This document shows, piece by piece, positions 25,414-29,997 of a stretch of 29,997 bases of DNA. Position numbers and translations under genes: made by a program. The notes beneath the pieces are model-generated. The model ran no database searches and was not told where the DNA came from. It saw only the letters and a program-made list of their open reading frames with translations. Source of the DNA: a virus; UHGV virus genome UHGV-0207024; one strand, written 5' to 3'. Each line of letters opens with the position of its first letter. Within the stretch, counting starts at the first letter, position 1.

Positions 25414-27197
25414 GCTGCCTTTTTCCTTACGCCCCAGCGGGACTGCGGTTTGTTTTCATAGTTAAGAGGTTCGTTATGCAGCGCGTGGGTAATTGCCCAG
25501 AATGCTTCCGCATGTCCTGTATCCTGACTGCGGTCAGCGACAAATGTCATCGCGTTACCGCTTTGGGTTGTTGTACGGCGCACGGCCATGAAGCTGGCCG
25601 GGATCTCCTTAAGGTTTTTGTCCCATTCGATACGCTGGCTTTCCACCACGTCCGCTGCTTTCAGTACCAGCTTATTTTTGGTGTTCAGGTCGTAACGAAT
25701 TGCGACGGCAACGCGCATGGCAAAGTGCTGGATGTTGTCAAAAACACCCTGGCCAATGCCGGTCACGTCAACGCCCAGATAAGAAAAGTTGTACTGGCTG
25801 AACAGTTTTTCTATCTGCTTTGCTTGGTATCGGAAGTTCATGCCCTTCCAGTAAATAACTCTCAGAACGCGGAATTTCTCCACGGCGAGCAGTGGCGGAG
25901 CGATAATCACAAAACAGGACAAATCCCCGCTGCGTGCCGGGTCAAAACCTCCCCATACCGGGCGATCACCGAATGGCCGCGCCGCATCGGGGTTGTGATC
26001 CTGCCAGGTGTCCACCTCCACGCCGCAGGCTTCCAGGTCGGAAAAGCTGAAAACGGAATCCTTGCTGTCAACGAACACGCACATGTAGAGCATGTTGAAT
26101 GTGGCGGTGTTGTAGCGGTTGCGCAGTTTCTCTATGTTGGCCAGGTTGAAGCCGCCCGCAATGGCATCCTCCATCGTAATGACATAGCGCCACTGTCCAT
26201 CCGGGCAGAGTCGCCCGCCATCACGCATTTCGTCAAAGGACGGGAACTTAATGGCCGCACGTTTTTTGCTGCCCTGTTTCCATTCATCGCCTGTCCAGAA
26301 CGGGTACGCCTGGTGTGTTTTTGCTGACGGTGTTGAAAAATAGGTGGTACGCCACTTGTCATGTGTGGCCATTGCGCTGGCCACTTCGTTAAGTCTGGCG
26401 AAGTTTGGCACCCAAAAATATTCATCGCAGTACAGGTGGCCGCTGTAGGACTGTGCAGTGTTTTTGTTGGTGGACAGAAAGCGCAGTTCTGCGCCGTTAC
26501 TTAAACGGATCGGGTTGCCGGTCAGCGTGATACCGAAATACTGCTCTGCAATGTTCACGATGTAAGACCGGAACACTTCAGCCTGAGCCTTTGATGCCGA
26601 CAGAAATATTTGCGGATCGCCGGTCATCACCGCGTTTTCAAACGCTTCAAACGCAAAATACCAGGTCGCACCGATCTGACGGCTTTTCAGTATGTTCCTG
26701 ACTTGCTGGCCAATGTTATTGCGCAGGTGTTTCTGATATTCAAAAAGATGTTCATCAGCCCATGCGTCAAAGTCCTCCTGCGTCAGCGATGAGATATCAT
26801 TTTTCTTGTATTTGCGTTTCCCTTTCCTGCTTTCGTCGTGAGCAGCGTATTCTCCTGTTTGTTCGCTGTTCTGATTTCCCCCCTGGCTGTTGGCCATCTT
26901 CTCTTTATGCTTATTACTTTGCGCACGCAGTTTCGTGGCATGTGCGATAAGCATGTCCATTTCTTTCAGGTCGAGATCGGTTTTGTTGTCGCGGCTGGCC
27001 AGCAGCTGGTAACGGCGTTCAATTGCTTCCTCTGTACTTTCAAAACTGAGCAAATCCGCCCAGCTATATTTCTCCGCCCAGTAGTAAACGATCCGCGCAT
27101 TCGGCAGATTTAATTCAGATGCAATTTCCTTTGGCGTATAGCGGCGCAGATAAAGTGCGCGGACAACGCCTTTTAATTCTTCAGAGTATTTAGCCAT
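25410..27197 (-). CDS. P: terminase large (ATPase) subunit (P2 gpP family)
   Basis: 595 aa (P2 P 590 aa); N-terminal HTH-like MAKYSEELKGVVRALYLRRYTPKEIASELN; central ATPase and nuclease regions; divergent from O. Confidence 0.95.
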   Translation of the reverse strand: MAKYSEELKGVVRALYLRRYTPKEIASELNLPNARIVYYWAEKYSWADLLSFESTEEAIERRYQLLASRDNKTDLDLKEMDMLIAHATKLRAQSNKHKEKMANSQGGNQNSEQTGEYAAHDESRKGKRKYKKNDISSLTQEDFDAWADEHLFEYQKHLRNNIGQQVRNILKSRQIGATWYFAFEAFENAVMTGDPQIFLSASKAQAEVFRSYIVNIAEQYFGITLTGNPIRLSNGAELRFLSTNKNTAQSYSGHLYCDEYFWVPNFARLNEVASAMATHDKWRTTYFSTPSAKTHQAYPFWTGDEWKQGSKKRAAIKFPSFDEMRDGGRLCPDGQWRYVITMEDAIAGGFNLANIEKLRNRYNTATFNMLYMCVFVDSKDSVFSFSDLEACGVEVDTWQDHNPDAARPFGDRPVWGGFDPARSGDLSCFVIIAPPLLAVEKFRVLRVIYWKGMNFRYQAKQIEKLFSQYNFSYLGVDVTGIGQGVFDNIQHFAMRVAVAIRYDLNTKNKLVLKAADVVESQRIEWDKNLKEIPASFMAVRRTTTQSGNAMTFVADRSQDTGHAEAFWAITHALHNEPLNYENKPQSRWGVRKKAA

Positions 27198-27245
27198 GCG
27201 GATAATTATGCCGTGGCTGTAATGAAAAAACGGTGGTGTTAATTC

Positions 27246-27281
27246 GTGTCTGTTCGGTAAAGCGTTATAACCGAACTGAAC
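27246..27281. promoter_or_regulatory. dyad element in the divergent late-promoter region: candidate activator (Ogr-like) binding site
   Basis: Inverted repeat cTGTTCGGT-aaagcgttata-ACCGAACtG (7 bp perfect arms, 9/8 bp extended) centred about 66 bp from the P start codon; no canonical TGT-N12-ACA found. Confidence 0.4.
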
Positions 27282-27358
27282 AGAATAAAGCGTAATGCGG
27301 TGGCGGTATTTATTGGCAATAATTGATTTGCAGCGTCAGGGAGTGGAACAGGGGGGAT

Positions 27359-28162
27359 ATGTCACATTTAAAAACTGACTGGCTGTGTGTTGCTACCGAA
27401 GGTGATACCGTTGACGGCAGAGTAATTAAACGGCAGTGGATTATAGATATGGGTGAAACCTATGACTATAACCACTGGGTTGCTTTAATCTGGCCAGAAC
27501 ATGAGGACGATTGCGGTAATTTCGGTGAGGTGCTGGAAGCCACCTGGAGTGATGGTGATGATGGTCTGGCGCGGTTATATGTCAGCCTTTGCCCGAATAT
27601 GCGCCTGATTTTCGCCAACCATGAAGATCAGCTTTTATTTTTCTCCATTGAGCCGGAAGAGAACTGGCGCGGTAGCGGACGGACTTACCTGAAAGGGTTG
27701 GCGGTAACAGACACGCCAGCCAGTATTGGCACCACACGGCTGCGCTTTAGTAGTCGGCGTAAAAAATTATCTGAACAGGGCTATTACAGCTGTGTAATTT
27801 CCCGTGACGGAAAAATAAAACAGGAAGGAAAAATGAAGAACTGGCAAAAATTGTTTGGTATCAAGCCGAAGTTTGAAGATGAAACCACGCAGGATAATCC
27901 TGCGCCGGATGATGATAAGTTACAGGCGCTTGCTAATGTGGTAAACGATCTGGAAGCGCGTGTCGCAAAAATTGAAAGTCAGATTAATGAAGTTCAGGAT
28001 GATGTTGATACCATTTCCGAAGTGGTTGACACGGAAGAGTTTGCCGCTATTCGTGATAATGCGAAAGATATCGTTAAACGTTTTAACGATTTGGGTAGTA
28101 AATCAACCCGTTCACCTGGGCGTAAAATTTCGGAAAAAGCCGGGAAGTTTAATTTTCTGTAA
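27359..28162 (+). CDS. O: capsid scaffolding protein (P2 gpO family)
   Basis: N-terminal region WLCVATEGDTVDGRVIKRQWIIDMGETYD parallels P2 O FRIGVEGDTCDGRVISAQDIQEMAETFD; ATG 27359 is preferred over TTG 27323. Confidence 0.85.
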   Translation: MSHLKTDWLCVATEGDTVDGRVIKRQWIIDMGETYDYNHWVALIWPEHEDDCGNFGEVLEATWSDGDDGLARLYVSLCPNMRLIFANHEDQLLFFSIEPEENWRGSGRTYLKGLAVTDTPASIGTTRLRFSSRRKKLSEQGYYSCVISRDGKIKQEGKMKNWQKLFGIKPKFEDETTQDNPAPDDDKLQALANVVNDLEARVAKIESQINEVQDDVDTISEVVDTEEFAAIRDNAKDIVKRFNDLGSKSTRSPGRKISEKAGKFNFL

Positions 28163-28224
28163 TTTTCTTTAACGCTGATTAATACAGGTTAATTTTTATT
28201 ATCGCTTAATTGCGAGGGAGTTTT

Positions 28225-29247
28225 ATGCACCTTAATAACCGTGCGCGGGATTTACTGGATAAATATTCGACCGGGATGGCACAGCAGTTTGGTGCGCGTG
28301 ATACCAGTCGTTATTTTTCCCTGAATGATCCGCAGGAAAACGCGCTGCGCCTTGCGTTGCTGGAGTCCGTGGAGTTTTTGAGCATGATCACCTGTCTGGA
28401 TGTTGACCAGCTGAGTGGTCAGGTGATCTCTGTTGGTTCCTCTGTACTGCATACCGGCCGCAGCGAAAACGGCCGCTTTGTCCGTCAGGTGGGCGTGGAC
28501 GGTAACGATTATTCGCTGGTTGAAACAGACAGCTGCGCCGCGCTGCGCTGGGATCTGCTTTCGGTTTGGGCGAACGCAGGTAAGGAAGAAAACGAGTTTT
28601 ACAACCTGGTACAGGCATTCACCACGCAGGCTTTTGCACTGGATATGCTGCGCATTGGCTTTAATGGTAAGAGCCGCGCAAAAACCACTGACCCAGAAGC
28701 TAACCCGAACGGTGAGGATGTGAACGTTGGCTGGCACGAGCGTATGAAAACGCTGCTGGACGGCAATCAGATTATGACCGATCCAGTGGTGCTCGATGAG
28801 GCCGGGGATTACAAGTCACTGGATGCAATGGCGTCCGATCTTATTAACACCAAAATTCCGTCACAGTTCCGCAATGACCCGCGTCTTGTCGTTCTGGTTG
28901 GTGCCGATCTGGTCGCTGCTGAACAGTACCGGTTGTATCAGGCAGCAGATCGTCCGACTGAAAAAATCGCTGCGCAGATGCTGGGAAGCACCATCGCTGG
29001 CCGTCAGGCCATTATCCCGCCGTTTATGCCGGGTAAACGCATGGTGGTGACGCCGCTTTCTAACCTGCACATCTACACCCAGCGCAATACCCGTATGCGT
29101 AAGGCGGAGTTTGTTGAAGATCGTAAGCAGTTCGAAAACAAATACCTGCGCAACGAAGGTTACGCCATTGAAGTGCCGGAACTGTATGCGGCTATTGATG
29201 AATCGGCGGTGACCATCGGCGCAGTATCTGAACCAGCGGAGGGCTGA
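28225..29247 (+). CDS. N: major capsid protein (P2 gpN family)
   Basis: Motifs GFNGKSRAKTTDPEANPNGEDVNVGW, GDYKSLDAM and DPRLVVLVG parallel P2 N (GFNGVKRAETSD...NP...GW; GDYASLDAL; DPDLVVIVG); ATG 28225 with GAGGGAG RBS. Confidence 0.9.
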   Translation: MHLNNRARDLLDKYSTGMAQQFGARDTSRYFSLNDPQENALRLALLESVEFLSMITCLDVDQLSGQVISVGSSVLHTGRSENGRFVRQVGVDGNDYSLVETDSCAALRWDLLSVWANAGKEENEFYNLVQAFTTQAFALDMLRIGFNGKSRAKTTDPEANPNGEDVNVGWHERMKTLLDGNQIMTDPVVLDEAGDYKSLDAMASDLINTKIPSQFRNDPRLVVLVGADLVAAEQYRLYQAADRPTEKIAAQMLGSTIAGRQAIIPPFMPGKRMVVTPLSNLHIYTQRNTRMRKAEFVEDRKQFENKYLRNEGYAIEVPELYAAIDESAVTIGAVSEPAEG

Positions 29248-29250
29248 TAA

Positions 29251-29949
29251 ATGGCACTTTCTCCCGCACAGCGTCATAGCCAGCGCATTCTGGCCGAACA
29301 GCAACTGAAAAAGCGCCGGGCGATTGAAACGCTGGAAAGTCTGCATGTGCAAATCCAGATCCTGAATCAGGATATCGCGTTTTTACGTGGACTCCCGACG
29401 ATTGCAGATCGTGTGACATACAAGCGCGATGAGCTGATTCCACGCTGGAAGCCGACTGTTGATGAATATCTGACAGGTGAAAGCGTGTATGAAAACCCGG
29501 TCTTTGCCTGGTTCGTTGTGTGGATGTTCGATGTTGGTGAGCTTGATGAGGCGTTGCGCCTGGCTGATATCGCGATTGAGCAGCAACAGCCAACGCCGGA
29601 GAACATTAAGAGCCGATTTCCGGTATTTGTCGCTGATACGGTGATGGAGTGGGCGGAAAGCACGGCAGCAGTGGGGGAAAGTGTCGAGCCATATTTTTCA
29701 CAGGTTTTTGAGAAAGTGACTCAGCGCTGGCGGCTTCATGAAGAGATTACCGCCAAGTGGTTTAAATTTGCCGGATTGATGCTGTTACGCGACGACAACG
29801 GCCAGCCACGCGCTACGGCAGTGGAAGATGTTGACACGTTGTTAAAGGCCAATGAACTGCTGGCCTGTGCTGAAAATCTCTATAAGCGCATAGGTGTAAC
29901 TACTATGCGAGCACAGATTGCGGCACGCATTCGCAGTCTGACGAAATAA
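29251..29949 (+). CDS. M: terminase small (endonuclease) subunit (P2 gpM family)
   Basis: 232 aa, after N as in P2; followed by 48 nt and, across the window boundary, the L gene. Confidence 0.8.
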   Translation: MALSPAQRHSQRILAEQQLKKRRAIETLESLHVQIQILNQDIAFLRGLPTIADRVTYKRDELIPRWKPTVDEYLTGESVYENPVFAWFVVWMFDVGELDEALRLADIAIEQQQPTPENIKSRFPVFVADTVMEWAESTAAVGESVEPYFSQVFEKVTQRWRLHEEITAKWFKFAGLMLLRDDNGQPRATAVEDVDTLLKANELLACAENLYKRIGVTTMRAQIAARIRSLTK

Positions 29950-29997
29950 AAACGACTACCGCAAGCCAGGCGGACGCGGTGGAGGGCAGAACACCTT

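Noticed and set aside
25476-26327. 283-aa ORF antisense to terminase gene P, and other long antisense ORFs (e.g., 12282-12617, 13044-13394, 13860-14261, 28252-28737)
   Set aside because: They lie entirely within well-supported genes on the opposite strand, lack RBSs, and have Arg/Cys/His-rich low-complexity translations typical of antisense frames in GC-rich coding DNA.
27198-27358. Canonical Ogr/Delta box (TGT-N12-ACA) in the P/O divergent promoter region
   Set aside because: I checked every TGT in the region by hand and none has ACA 12 nt downstream. Only the longer GTTCGGT-N11-ACCGAAC dyad is present, so I report that instead.
27323-27358. TTG start at 27323 for scaffold gene O (ORF-track start)
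   Set aside because: ATG at 27359 gives an N-terminus (MSHLKTDW...EGDTVDGRV) collinear with P2 gpO. The 12 extra codons from the TTG have no homology support.
1-29997. CRISPR arrays, transposase/IS elements, reverse transcriptase (DGR/retron) or restriction-modification pairs
   Set aside because: I saw no repeat-spacer arrays, transposase-like ORFs, reverse-transcriptase motifs (YxDD) or restriction endonuclease partners for the Dam gene. The only mobile-element machinery is the phage integrase at attP.

Overview
The whole window reads as one temperate myovirus genome with no recognisable host genes. It is a mosaic of three module types. (1) A P2-type head and packaging module with the typical divergent layout: portal Q and large terminase P on the minus strand (24352-27197), then scaffold O, major capsid N and small terminase M on the plus strand (27359-29949). 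Head-completion gene L sits at 1-504. M at the window end and L at the window start are neighbouring genes in P2, and L's GTG start at position 1 has a GGAGGG Shine-Dalgarno at 29980-29985 only when the window is read as a circle. The window is therefore probably a complete, circularly permuted genome of about 30 kb, or one unit of a tandem array. (2) A coliphage-186-type immunity and early region: integrase, a 195-aa CI-like repressor, an Apl/Cox-like excisionase, a CII-like activator, several unknown early ORFs, a DEDDh exonuclease, a DUF3850/ASCH-like protein, a Dam-type methyltransferase, a gpA-type replication initiator, a small ORF preceded by a LexA box (Tum-like SOS module) and an Ogr/Delta-type zinc-finger late activator. 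An intact attP sits at 15613-15657. It is the 3' 45 nt of a tRNA-Ile2 (ileX/ileY-type, the phage 186 attB) and lies next to int, with phage genes on both sides, so this copy is not integrated. (3) A contractile-tail module that does not follow P2 order: R/S-like completion proteins, sheath-like and tube-like proteins, a complete lysis cassette (holin, M15 endolysin, overlapped i-/o-spanin pair) embedded between the tube gene and a G/GT-type chaperone with a programmed -1 frameshift, then tape measure, gp25/W-like, J, I, H tail fibre (clear P2 gpH motifs), tail-fibre assembly protein, two unknown proteins and a fused hub-spike. Cargo: an AT-rich, independently terminated gene for a zinc-ribbon/TM/periplasmic-domain protein (14971-15468, minus strand) lies between the tail operon and attP, next to a 520-bp gene-free, repeat-containing region. 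All functional calls are by eye from the translations, not from searches.
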